Of a DNA stretch of 64,000 nt, positions 17,005-26,070 are shown piece after piece (position 1 is the first letter of the stretch; each line of letters opens with the position of its first letter). Origin of the DNA: Candidatus Omnitrophota bacterium (lineage in GTDB: Bacteria > Omnitrophota > Omnitrophia > Omnitrophales > Aquincolibacteriaceae); contig CAIJDY010000030.1 in the NCBI GenBank assembly GCA_903819565.1, positions 7,128 to 71,127 on the forward strand, read 5' to 3'. The notes under the pieces were generated by a model. That model worked only from the letters and a program-made list of their open reading frames with translations. It had not been told where the DNA came from and did no database searches. The position numbers and the translations under genes are program-made.

Positions 17005-18258
17005 TTAGCGGTTCCGGCGGTAGGCGGGAGCGATATAACCGCGGCGCCGTCCACGGGAAAAACTGCGGCCGCCGAAAGAAGCGACCTTGACCGGTTTGTG
17101 TTCGATGAAGCTTTCCAGCGGCATTTCCGGATGCTCCGAAATAGGGAGCGCCATCCGCATGAGTTTCTCGATATCCTTCACATCCTTGCCTTGTTCCGGC
17201 GTCGCAAACGAGATCGCGTGACCTTTATCCCCGATACGGCCCGTGCGGCCGATCCTGTGGACATAATTTTCGGTATCATCCGGAAGGTCGTAGTTGAGCA
17301 CCAGTTCGATCCCCTTGACGTCGATCCCGCGCGCCGCGATGTCGGTCGCCACGAGCACGCGATACCGCCCCGATTTGAACCCGTCCAGGGCTTCGCGCCT
17401 TTGGGACAGGGAGCGATCCGCGTGGATCTCAGCAACCTTATGGCCCATTTCCCTGATGGAACGCGTGATCTTATAAGCACCGATCTTGGTTCGCGAGAAC
17501 AACAGGATCGTGCCGTGGTATTGTGACAGTATTTTCGCCAGGAGCTGCCTCTTGGCGTCTTTTTTGACGACGAATAATTCCTGAGTGATCTTTTCTGCGA
17601 CGGTCCCGGATTTTGCAATCTCCACACTGATCGGAAGTTTCATGTTGGAAGAAGCCATCTTCATGATCTGCTCGGGCATGGTGGCCGAGAAAAGCATGGT
17701 TTGACGTTCGCGCGGGATCTTGCGCAGGATCTGCTGGATCTGGGGGGCAAAACCCATGTCGAGCATGCGGTCGGCCTCATCCAGCACCAGGATGCTCACG
17801 TCATCCATAAAAACATAGCGTTGTTCCATGTGGTCGATGAGCCGTCCCGGAGTGGCAATGATGACGCGCGGGTGCTGGCGGAGCTCCTGGATCTGGTTGT
17901 GCATCGAAGCGCCCCCGATGAGGACCGCGAATTTGATCTTGGGATCGATCTTATGAAGGCTTTGATGGACCTGATAGGCCAGCTCACGGGTCGGGACCAG
18001 GATAAGCCCCCTGCCTTTTTTCTGGGCAAGCCGTTGGATCATCGGAATACCGAAGGCAAGCGTCTTTCCGGTGCCAGTTTGGGCGATGCCGATGACGTCC
18101 TGGCCTTCCAGGGCAATGGGGATTGCTTTTTGCTGGATCGGCGTCGGATTTGTGAATTTCATCCGGTCCAGGACCTCCAGGAGCTGCGGGGCAATGCCCA
18201 ACCCGTAGAACGTCACTGGGGCCGTCGGTTGTGATGCTGGGTGTGTTGTCATAAGCAC
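17005..18258 (-). CDS. DEAD-box ATP-dependent RNA helicase (RhlE-like)
   Basis: Q-motif/PTPIQ, AQTGTGKT (Walker A), DEAD, SAT, HRIGRTGR motifs all present; Arg/Gly-rich C-terminal tail. Confidence 0.9.
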   Translation of the reverse strand: MLMTTHPASQPTAPVTFYGLGIAPQLLEVLDRMKFTNPTPIQQKAIPIALEGQDVIGIAQTGTGKTLAFGIPMIQRLAQKKGRGLILVPTRELAYQVHQSLHKIDPKIKFAVLIGGASMHNQIQELRQHPRVIIATPGRLIDHMEQRYVFMDDVSILVLDEADRMLDMGFAPQIQQILRKIPRERQTMLFSATMPEQIMKMASSNMKLPISVEIAKSGTVAEKITQELFVVKKDAKRQLLAKILSQYHGTILLFSRTKIGAYKITRSIREMGHKVAEIHADRSLSQRREALDGFKSGRYRVLVATDIAARGIDVKGIELVLNYDLPDDTENYVHRIGRTGRIGDKGHAISFATPEQGKDVKDIEKLMRMALPISEHPEMPLESFIEHKPVKVASFGGRSFSRGRRRGYIAPAYRRNR

Positions 18259-18371
18259 AGTATAAGCTCTTTCTGCATAAAAGAGGTAATAATAAAAATC
18301 CTAAGAGAAATCCGCTGACCGGACAAGAAAACGGGATTTGCGCGGTCAGGCCGCGTTCACGGGCGCGGCTT

Positions 18372-19670
18372 TCAGCGGGGGACCGGAGGGCGGCGGTTTT
18401 TCTTCCGGTTCAGGATGTCACAGATCAGGAAGGCCACGACCGTCGCGATTAGGAGGGAAAGCGTCTTGTCGGCAATCTCGATGCAGAAGGTCTCGGAAAG
18501 AGACGCGGTGATCCGGCTGTGGATGAATTTGTGGAAGAAGTCGTAAACCGGGAGCGTGTTCACGTCGGGTTTGAGGCGGAAAACTGTGGCAACCGCCTGG
18601 ACGAGAAGGGCGTTGACGGCGCCGATCCCGATGCCGGCCGCGAGAAGTTTGTGTAACTTCCGTGGGCTGATCCATCCGAGACGCTCCAAAAGCCACGTCG
18701 CCGAAGCGATCCAGACACTGTTGAGCAGCCAGAACCAGGAAGTGGTTCCCCAGAAAGTGAACGCCATGAGGAGGTGGTAGAGGATCGCGGTAAAGATCCC
18801 GATCCAGAAACCGCCCAATAGCACGGCCAGGGAAGTCCCCCAGCTATCCAGGAAAAAAGGGAGATGCCATTTGATCAGCAGGACCGAAGCGCTGAAATTG
18901 AACAGCATCGCGCTCAACATGATCCCGAACGGCCGCTGCCGGAAAGGTTTGAAGAGAAAGTTCTCGACCGCCTCGATGTCTTCTTTGATCATTTCTTCCA
19001 TTTTGGAGTGGGGCTCGGGGTCTTGTTCGTGAATCCCGCTGATCGCGTTGATCAAACGGCCGATCAATACCGCCAGGTAAGTCACGCCGAGGATCATTTC
19101 CAGCGTCACGAAGCTCCGCACAAAAGGAGAGATTGCCGTGATGTCCCCGAAACCGGCGGTTGCTTGAACGACGAAACTGAAGTAGACGTATGTCGACATG
19201 AGACCCTGCCCTCCTCCCCGCGAAAAAAAGAAGGCGTTAGGCAGAAGCATTTCGGAAAGCCCGTAAATACAAGCGAAAAAGATCCCTATCAGGATGTACC
19301 CGCTGATGGCGCCGTAAAGTTCGTTAAGCGTCACATGCTTCACGGAAAGGACCTGCTTCAGGAGGACAATGCACGTGTAACCGATGAAAACGGTCATGCA
19401 GGTCAGGCCTGTGATTTTAATAAGCGGGTGATGTATAAAAACATACGTCCACTGGGTCAGGAAGCAGGGGATCGCGAACAGGACGCTCAAAGCGGTGTAG
19501 CGGAAATCATAGCTCATGGAGAAAATGGCCGCGACGAGGAGGCCGGTCAGGATCAGACGAAGGGCGATCTGCCCCAGCAGGGACTGTTCCAGCAAAGGGA
19601 GCAGGAGAATGTACCCGGTCAGCAGGATCAACAGCAAAAGATTGTTGTTCTTTTTGAACGGTTCGAACAT
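18372..19670 (-). CDS. Polytopic membrane protein containing a K+-channel-type pore domain (Ion_trans_2-like)
   Basis: …YFSFVVQATAGFGDITAI… matches the T-x-G-[YF]-G-D selectivity-filter signature preceded by a pore helix and followed by a TM helix; rest of 432-aa protein is additional TM helices. Confidence 0.5.
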   Translation of the reverse strand: MFEPFKKNNNLLLLILLTGYILLLPLLEQSLLGQIALRLILTGLLVAAIFSMSYDFRYTALSVLFAIPCFLTQWTYVFIHHPLIKITGLTCMTVFIGYTCIVLLKQVLSVKHVTLNELYGAISGYILIGIFFACIYGLSEMLLPNAFFFSRGGGQGLMSTYVYFSFVVQATAGFGDITAISPFVRSFVTLEMILGVTYLAVLIGRLINAISGIHEQDPEPHSKMEEMIKEDIEAVENFLFKPFRQRPFGIMLSAMLFNFSASVLLIKWHLPFFLDSWGTSLAVLLGGFWIGIFTAILYHLLMAFTFWGTTSWFWLLNSVWIASATWLLERLGWISPRKLHKLLAAGIGIGAVNALLVQAVATVFRLKPDVNTLPVYDFFHKFIHSRITASLSETFCIEIADKTLSLLIATVVAFLICDILNRKKNRRPPVPR

Positions 19671-19768
19671 AGACCCCGCTTTTCTTTGGATGGACCGGTC
19701 CGGAAAAGATTAAACGTTTCCTTCTTTCGATGCAAATGAAAAAATGGTCGCGAGTTTTGGGATCCCGC

Positions 19769-20992
19769 TCAGGCGCGCGATGCGGGTGCCGGGGAGAGGT
19801 CCGGACGGAAATGCCAAAGTAGCCACCCGCAGCCGGAGGCCAGAACGCCGGTCCAGGCCCACCACGTCAACAGCCGGTGATGGATGAGGGCGCCGCTTAT
19901 GAAAGGCATGAGGATCTGGCTGATGGACATGAATGACTGCGTCATTCCCAACGCGATGCCCTGGCGGTGCCTTCCGGCTTTTTGCGTGATCAGGCTCGTC
20001 AGGCTTGGCCGCAGCACGGACATTCCGAAGAACATGACCGAAACGGCGGCCAGAAGGTTGGGAAGGTCAAAGGTCCCGCTGAGATAGACGAAACCAACCG
20101 CCATGAAAACAAATCCCGCCTGGACCAGGCGGGACTCCCCGAATTTTTTCACCAGCCGCCCGATCAATCCCCCCTGAATGATCATCCCGAGCAGGCCGAC
20201 ATAGGCAAAAACATAGCCGACCTCCTTCGTGCCGAAAGCGATCGCGTGATGAGTGTAGCGCCGTTCGGCAAAAAGAGCGAACCCGGAGAAGAAGATGCCG
20301 AAAGCGCAAATGAACGCGAAGAATTGCCATAGGAGAGAGCCGAGCTCCGGTTCTTTTAACAAGGCGAGAGAACTTTTCCAGTCCAGATGACGGGTTTTCG
20401 GAACGGTTGTCCCGGAGGAGACGGACTGCGCCGCAAGTTGGGCAGCTTTCTTGGAGGACGGCAGCAGCACGGAAGTGGCGACGATGCTCGCGGCCGAAAG
20501 TCCCGCGGCGGCGAAGATCGGGTATTGGTGTCCGAAATGGGCCAGCAAGCCGGCGAGCGCGGGCCCCACCAGGAATCCGAAACCGAAGGCGATGCCGATA
20601 AGGCCGAAAGATTTCGCCCTCTTTTCGGGTTCCGTGACGTCCGAGATATACGCCTGGGCCACGGAAATATTCCCCGCCGTGAGGCCGTCGATGACGCGGG
20701 AAATAAAAACGGGGAGCAGGCTCGTGGAGAAAGCAAGGATCAGGAAGCCGATGAGAGTTCCCCCTTGGCTCAGCAGAAGAACGGGTTTGCGGCCGATCCG
20801 GTCCGAGATCTGCCCGAGGACGGGGCCGGCGACGAACTGGCAGATGCCGTAGGAGGAAAGCAGCCAGCCAACCACCAGGGGCGTGGCGCCAAGTTGTTCG
20901 GCGTAAAAGGGCAGCAGCGGTAGAATGATCGTAAAACCCAGAATGTCGATCAGAACGATCAGAAAAATGGAAAAAAGGGGCGATCTTTTCAT
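19769..20992 (-). CDS. MFS transporter (DHA1-like, 12 TM)
   Basis: 407 aa; …LPFYAEQLGATPLVVGWLLSSYGICQFVAGPVLGQISDRIGRKPVLLLS… (MFS motif A region G-x-x-x-D-R-x-G-R-K). Confidence 0.8.
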   Translation of the reverse strand: MKRSPLFSIFLIVLIDILGFTIILPLLPFYAEQLGATPLVVGWLLSSYGICQFVAGPVLGQISDRIGRKPVLLLSQGGTLIGFLILAFSTSLLPVFISRVIDGLTAGNISVAQAYISDVTEPEKRAKSFGLIGIAFGFGFLVGPALAGLLAHFGHQYPIFAAAGLSAASIVATSVLLPSSKKAAQLAAQSVSSGTTVPKTRHLDWKSSLALLKEPELGSLLWQFFAFICAFGIFFSGFALFAERRYTHHAIAFGTKEVGYVFAYVGLLGMIIQGGLIGRLVKKFGESRLVQAGFVFMAVGFVYLSGTFDLPNLLAAVSVMFFGMSVLRPSLTSLITQKAGRHRQGIALGMTQSFMSISQILMPFISGALIHHRLLTWWAWTGVLASGCGWLLWHFRPDLSPAPASRA

Positions 20993-21113
20993 GAAAGGGA
21001 TAAGGCCTCGAAATTTCGTTCAGTATGGCGCTAATTTTTCAGGAACTCAACAAAAAAGGGCCGGCCTGAAATCGCGCTTGTCCGGATCCTTTTTTTAAAG
21101 TAAAACAGACTCC

Positions 21114-21890
21114 ATGATCCTGGCATTCAACAAACCTTACGGCGTGCTTTCCCAATTTACAGCCAAGGGAAGCTCCGCTCCCAAGAGCGGGGCTTCCTTG
21201 CAGTCCATCCGTCCCGCTGCCGGCGGGAAGGATGTGATTTATCCGCCACAAAGCGTTGGGGGATCTTCGCCAGAGGACGGATCCACCCAGAGAAGTGTGG
21301 CGGAAAATTCTCGCAGCAACTTGTGTACCGCAAGGTTGCGCGATCATTTGACGCAGCAGCAATCCGGGCAGCGGACGCTTGCCGCGTTCGGATTTCCGAA
21401 GCACGTTTACCCGATCGGCCGTCTTGACTGGGACAGCGAGGGGCTTCTTCTCCTGAGTGACGAGAAAGAATGGAACGATCTTTTGCTCCACCCCCGCCAT
21501 GCCCACGAGCGAACGTACCACGTCCAGGTGGAGGGGCTTATTTCGGAAGCAGCTCTGTCGCGGCTACGCGAGGGAGTGATGATCCAAAACAGGCGGACAA
21601 AACCTTGCAGCGTGAAAATCCTGAAAGATCCCCGATACCCGCCGCGTTGTCCGCCCATCCGTTTCCGTTTATCGGTCCCCACTTGCTGGATCGAGCTTAA
21701 GCTGATCGAAGGGAAGAACCGGCAGGTGCGGCGCATGACGGCCGCGGTGGGTTTTCCCACGCTTCGTCTGATCCGTACGGCGATCGGCGCGTACGCTTCG
21801 GGAGATCTTCCGGAAGGAAAGTGGCGTGAATTGGGAATTTCTCAGAGGCAGCTGCTAACAGGGGGAGGAAGGGCCCGAAAAGTCAGCTGA
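21114..21890 (+). CDS. RluE/RsuA-family 16S/23S rRNA pseudouridine synthase with ~65-aa low-complexity insertion
   Basis: FNKPYGVLSQF… and …GRLDWDSEGLLLLS…YHVQVEG…GKNRQVRRMTAAVGFPTLRLIRTAIG match RluE; S/G/Q-rich insert between the first two conserved blocks. Confidence 0.7.
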   Translation: MILAFNKPYGVLSQFTAKGSSAPKSGASLQSIRPAAGGKDVIYPPQSVGGSSPEDGSTQRSVAENSRSNLCTARLRDHLTQQQSGQRTLAAFGFPKHVYPIGRLDWDSEGLLLLSDEKEWNDLLLHPRHAHERTYHVQVEGLISEAALSRLREGVMIQNRRTKPCSVKILKDPRYPPRCPPIRFRLSVPTCWIELKLIEGKNRQVRRMTAAVGFPTLRLIRTAIGAYASGDLPEGKWRELGISQRQLLTGGGRARKVS

Positions 21891-21902
21891 GTTTTTGGCG
21901 AA

Positions 21903-23912
21903 ATGCGCCGTTACTTGGATGACGCGTTTTTGAACAAAGAGGAGGCCATGGCATTGCAGTTCAAGGGAGCGTTTTTTTCGCGAGCGATGGAGAAGGGGCT
22001 GTTTTTTATTGCTCTTTTGTTCGCCTTTGCGATCGGTGTCCCGTGGATGCCTGATTTTTCCATTACGGGACTGGATCCGTCCTGGAGATTGTCGCTCCAC
22101 TATTTCTTCGAGCACGGGTACGTTTTTGGAAAAGACATCATTTTCACCTACGGCCCTTACGGTTTTATCACCACCTGCACTTATTATCCCGCCACCTATC
22201 AGATCTTGTTCTTCGCATATTTCTTTTTTGTGGCGGTCTACGCAGTCGTGAGCTGGAACCTTTTCAAGAGGGCTATCAGGAGCCCTTGGGGCGTTTTTTT
22301 TGCGGTACTTGGGGCGTCCCTTCTTTGGGCGCCGTTCCCGGAAAATTTTTTTTCGGGAGACACCTTTTTTTATTCCTGCGGGATTTTGTTTTTTACGTCC
22401 TATCTCGCGGAAATTGACGAGCCTTACCGGCCGAGAAATTTTTTTCTTGTTGGAATCCTGGCGGCTTCCAGCCTGATGAAATACAGTTTTTTTATTTGGG
22501 CGCTCGGTCTTCTCTTCTTCGTCAGTCTGGACGGGATCCTTTTCAGGAAGAAAGTCCCGTTCTTATTCCTTTGGTATTGGGGGGTTCTCGGGGGCCTTTG
22601 GGTCCTAGCGAAACAGCCGTTAGCGGGTTTGGGCGCTTTTCTTTTGAACGGGGCCCGGATGGCGCAATATTACGGTTCGGCGATGAGCTTTGTTTTGACC
22701 TCCTACCAGCTTAAGCTTGTTATTTATCTTGTCTTTACACTGTTTTTTTTGGCGGTTTTTTATGTCGCCCAGCGGCAGCGGATGGGCCGGCGCGCCCTTT
22801 TACCGTCGCTCACTCTGGCGGCCATGGGGTTCTTGATTTTTCGGGCCTCTTTTACGCGTCCCGATCACTACGTTCTTGCCATGAGTTATAGCGCGATTTT
22901 GGCGATCTATTTGATCCCTTTCATCGCGGAAGTCCTCAAATCGAAGGTTTGGAAAGTTTTTCTTATCATGTTGTTGATGGCAGCGCTGGGCCTGGGTTAT
23001 TCCGCCTGCCTGAAGCCTTTGGCGCCCTCATTCTCCAAGCTCGCCGGCAGGATCGGGAACTCCATCTTGAGAATACCTTACTGCACGTTCCGGGAGTCAC
23101 GTTTTTTGCCACGGCCCAAAGATTTGCAGGCGCGCTATGAAAATATCCGGGGAGCCATCCGGTGGACGGATCCGATGCCGCAGCTTTTCGGGACCGTGGA
23201 CGCCTATCCCTACGACAGCACCGGGTTGATCGCCTGGAACCTTTCGTACAAACCCCGGCCGGTTTTTCAAAGTTATGCCGCGTACACTCCCTTTTTGTCC
23301 CGGAAAAATGCGGACCATTTTAAAAGTTCCAACGCGCCGGAATTTCTTATTTTCGGACCGAACGTTACGGAAGACGGCAAGCCCGTCGATGCCCGTTATC
23401 CGACGCTGGACGACAGTCTGTCTTTGCCCGAGATCCTGAGCCGTTACGATTTACTGGCGACTCTTCGTGGGAAAGCCCTGTTGAAAAAAACCCCCGTCCC
23501 GCGGCCTTACGCACTTCCGTTGATCGAAAAAGTAACGGCGGAGTTCGGGAAACCCATTCCCGTTCCCGGCTTTGACAAAAACCCCGTCTGGGTCGAAATT
23601 GACATTGAGCCGACATGGTGGGGCAGGATCTTTGAATTTCTCGGCAGGGCGGGGAGGGTTTTGATCACTGTCCGGGCTTTGAACGGCACCGCGCATGCCT
23701 ACGAACTGCCTCCGGTGATGGCCCGAACGGGATTTTTACTTTCTCCTCTATTGGACGACGCTGGCGGGTTTATCGATTTTTGGACGCGTCATTTTGAAAA
23801 CTCGGGATTGCTTCAAAAGGAAGTGGTGGGATTGACTCTTGAGGTGCCATCCTCCTACCGAGGGTTCTTTGCTTCAAGGTTCCTGGTCCGTTTTTTCGAA
23901 TATAAGACCTGA
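21903..23912 (+). CDS. Large polytopic membrane protein with C-terminal soluble domain (paralog A; GT-C-like architecture, unknown family)
   Basis: 669 aa; ~11 TM in first ~400 aa then ~270-aa hydrophilic domain; ~70% identical to downstream paralog over long stretches (…SLHYFFEHGYVFGKDIIFTYGPYGF…). Confidence 0.55.
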   Translation: MRRYLDDAFLNKEEAMALQFKGAFFSRAMEKGLFFIALLFAFAIGVPWMPDFSITGLDPSWRLSLHYFFEHGYVFGKDIIFTYGPYGFITTCTYYPATYQILFFAYFFFVAVYAVVSWNLFKRAIRSPWGVFFAVLGASLLWAPFPENFFSGDTFFYSCGILFFTSYLAEIDEPYRPRNFFLVGILAASSLMKYSFFIWALGLLFFVSLDGILFRKKVPFLFLWYWGVLGGLWVLAKQPLAGLGAFLLNGARMAQYYGSAMSFVLTSYQLKLVIYLVFTLFFLAVFYVAQRQRMGRRALLPSLTLAAMGFLIFRASFTRPDHYVLAMSYSAILAIYLIPFIAEVLKSKVWKVFLIMLLMAALGLGYSACLKPLAPSFSKLAGRIGNSILRIPYCTFRESRFLPRPKDLQARYENIRGAIRWTDPMPQLFGTVDAYPYDSTGLIAWNLSYKPRPVFQSYAAYTPFLSRKNADHFKSSNAPEFLIFGPNVTEDGKPVDARYPTLDDSLSLPEILSRYDLLATLRGKALLKKTPVPRPYALPLIEKVTAEFGKPIPVPGFDKNPVWVEIDIEPTWWGRIFEFLGRAGRVLITVRALNGTAHAYELPPVMARTGFLLSPLLDDAGGFIDFWTRHFENSGLLQKEVVGLTLEVPSSYRGFFASRFLVRFFEYKT

Positions 23913-24027
23913 AGGGGATCCCTGTATCCGAGGGGCGGACGTAACCGTTCGACAGCATCCTGCGGGGGATGAAGTTTTGTATGGGAAACAATAGAACGAC
24001 GGGCTGTTTTCCGGAAAAAAGGTAGCC

Positions 24028-25989
24028 ATGGTGTTTCAGCCCAAAGGATCGATCGTAGCGCGAGGGATAGAAACCGCGTTGTTTTTCATTTCTCTCTTGG
24101 TCGCTTCCGCGGTCTTTATCCCGTGGAAGCCTAATTTTTCCATGATGGGACTGGACCCATCCTGGATGCTGTCGCTCCACTATTTTTTTGAACACGGGCA
24201 CGTTTTCGGGAAAGATATTATTTTCACCTATGGGCCTTACGGGTTTATCAGCACCTACCTTTATTATCCTGCCACTTACCAGATCATGGTTTTCGCGTAT
24301 CTTTTTTTTACCGTTGTTTATACCGCTGCGGGCTGGAATATCCTCCGGAAGGAGATCAAGCACAAGGGGGGCGTTTTCTGTGCCGTCCTTGCCGCGACTT
24401 TTTTTTTGGCACCGGCCCCCCATAACTTTTATGCGGGAGATATCTTCTTCTATTCTTGTGGGGTCCTTTTTTTCGCGTCCTATCTCGCGGAGAGCGATAA
24501 GCCTTACCGGTGGAGAAATTTTTTTCTTGTCGGAGTCCTGGCGGTCATCAGCTTGATGAAATACAGTTTTTTTATTTGGGCGGTCGGGCTACTTTTCTTT
24601 GTAAGTTTGGACGGGATCATTTTCAAGAAAAGATGGCCGTACTTATTTCTTTTGTACGGGGGATTTCTCGTTGCGTTCTGGGTTCTCGCGAAGCAACCGT
24701 TGGAGGGTCTTGGGGCCTTTTTCCTGACAGGGGCCCACATGGCACGGTATTACGGTTCCGCGATGGGCACTTCCTCGTCGCTCCATGATCCTCGTCTTGT
24801 TTTTTATATGATCCTTTCGTTATTGCTCACGACGGTTTTTTACATCGCCCAACAGCGGCGGACGGGACCCCGGGCCATTCTACCGTCCCTGACCTTGGCG
24901 GCCATGGCGTTCCTGATCTATCGCGCCTCTTTCACGCGGGACCACAGCATCATTGCCATGAGCTATCTCGCGGTTTTGGCGGTCTACCTGGTCCCGTTTT
25001 TAAATACGGCCCTGGGTGGCAGGGGATGGAAAATATTATGGGCAGTTCTTTTGGTGGTGACTTTTACGTTCGCCTATCTTTACAGCATCAGACCTTTCAC
25101 GCCTTCTTTCTCAGGGCTCGCTGGAAAGATCTGGAGTTCTTTTTCCAAGATGCCTCACTACACGTTCGTGGAATCACGTTTTTTGCCTCGCCCCAAGGAC
25201 CTGCAACTGCGCTACGAGGAGGTCCGGAAACTCGTCCGGGGGGACAATGCCGTCCCGCAGCTTTCGGGAACTGTAGATACCTATCCGTACGACAGCACCG
25301 GACTGATCGCGCAAGACCTTTCGTACAGGCCGAGGCCGGTTTTTCAAAGCTATGCTGCGTATACGCCATTTCTATCCCAAAAAAACGCCGATTATTTAAA
25401 AAGTCCGAGGGCTCCGGAATTTCTTGTCTTTGGGCCGAACGTCACGGCTGACGGCAAACCCATTGATGCCCGTTACCCGACGCTGGACGACAGTCTTTCT
25501 TTGCCTGAAATCATGAGCCGTTATGATTTTCTGGCCGCTCTTTACGAGAAGGCCCTGTTGCGAAAAACCCTCGTTCCGCGGCCTTATTCGTTCATATTAA
25601 TCGAAAAAGTTACCGCGGAATTCGGGGAGACGATCCCGGTTCCTCATTTCGATGAGGGGCCTATCTGGGTGGAAATTGAAATCAAAAAAACATGGCTGGG
25701 AGAATGGGGCGCGTTTCTGGGCCGGGCCGGGAGAGCCGGGATCGCCGTCAGGGCTCTGGACGGGAAAACTTATACTTACGACCTGCCTTCCGAAATGTCC
25801 CGAACAGGGTTCCTGCTTTCCCCCGTTCTGGACGACCCCGGCGGGTTTATCGCTTTTTGGACGCGTCATTTTAATCATGCCGGGCTTTCCCATAAGGGGG
25901 TGTTTGAATTCAAGCTTGAAGTCCCGGCTTCTTGCGGCCGGTTTTTTTCTTCGAAGATCGAAATCCGTTTTTTTAAGTATATAATTTAA
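24028..25989 (+). CDS. Large polytopic membrane protein with C-terminal soluble domain (paralog B of 21903-23912)
   Basis: 653 aa; same architecture and conserved blocks (…SLHYFFEHGHVFGKDIIFTYGPYGF…, …YPYDSTGLIA…PRPVFQSYAAYTPFLS…IDARYPTLDDSLSLPEI…). Confidence 0.55.
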   Translation: MVFQPKGSIVARGIETALFFISLLVASAVFIPWKPNFSMMGLDPSWMLSLHYFFEHGHVFGKDIIFTYGPYGFISTYLYYPATYQIMVFAYLFFTVVYTAAGWNILRKEIKHKGGVFCAVLAATFFLAPAPHNFYAGDIFFYSCGVLFFASYLAESDKPYRWRNFFLVGVLAVISLMKYSFFIWAVGLLFFVSLDGIIFKKRWPYLFLLYGGFLVAFWVLAKQPLEGLGAFFLTGAHMARYYGSAMGTSSSLHDPRLVFYMILSLLLTTVFYIAQQRRTGPRAILPSLTLAAMAFLIYRASFTRDHSIIAMSYLAVLAVYLVPFLNTALGGRGWKILWAVLLVVTFTFAYLYSIRPFTPSFSGLAGKIWSSFSKMPHYTFVESRFLPRPKDLQLRYEEVRKLVRGDNAVPQLSGTVDTYPYDSTGLIAQDLSYRPRPVFQSYAAYTPFLSQKNADYLKSPRAPEFLVFGPNVTADGKPIDARYPTLDDSLSLPEIMSRYDFLAALYEKALLRKTLVPRPYSFILIEKVTAEFGETIPVPHFDEGPIWVEIEIKKTWLGEWGAFLGRAGRAGIAVRALDGKTYTYDLPSEMSRTGFLLSPVLDDPGGFIAFWTRHFNHAGLSHKGVFEFKLEVPASCGRFFSSKIEIRFFKYII

Positions 25990-26070
25990 AGGGACACTTG
26001 TATTCGAAGACCAAACGTAATAGTTTGATAGTGTTCTCGCGGGGTTTCACCGTGGGAAAAGGAGACGGGT

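Noticed and set aside
18864-19739. 291-aa plus-strand ORF antisense to the K+-channel-like membrane protein gene
   Set aside because: Asp/His/Arg/Gln-rich, no hydrophobic core or motifs; the opposite strand encodes a coherent polytopic membrane protein.
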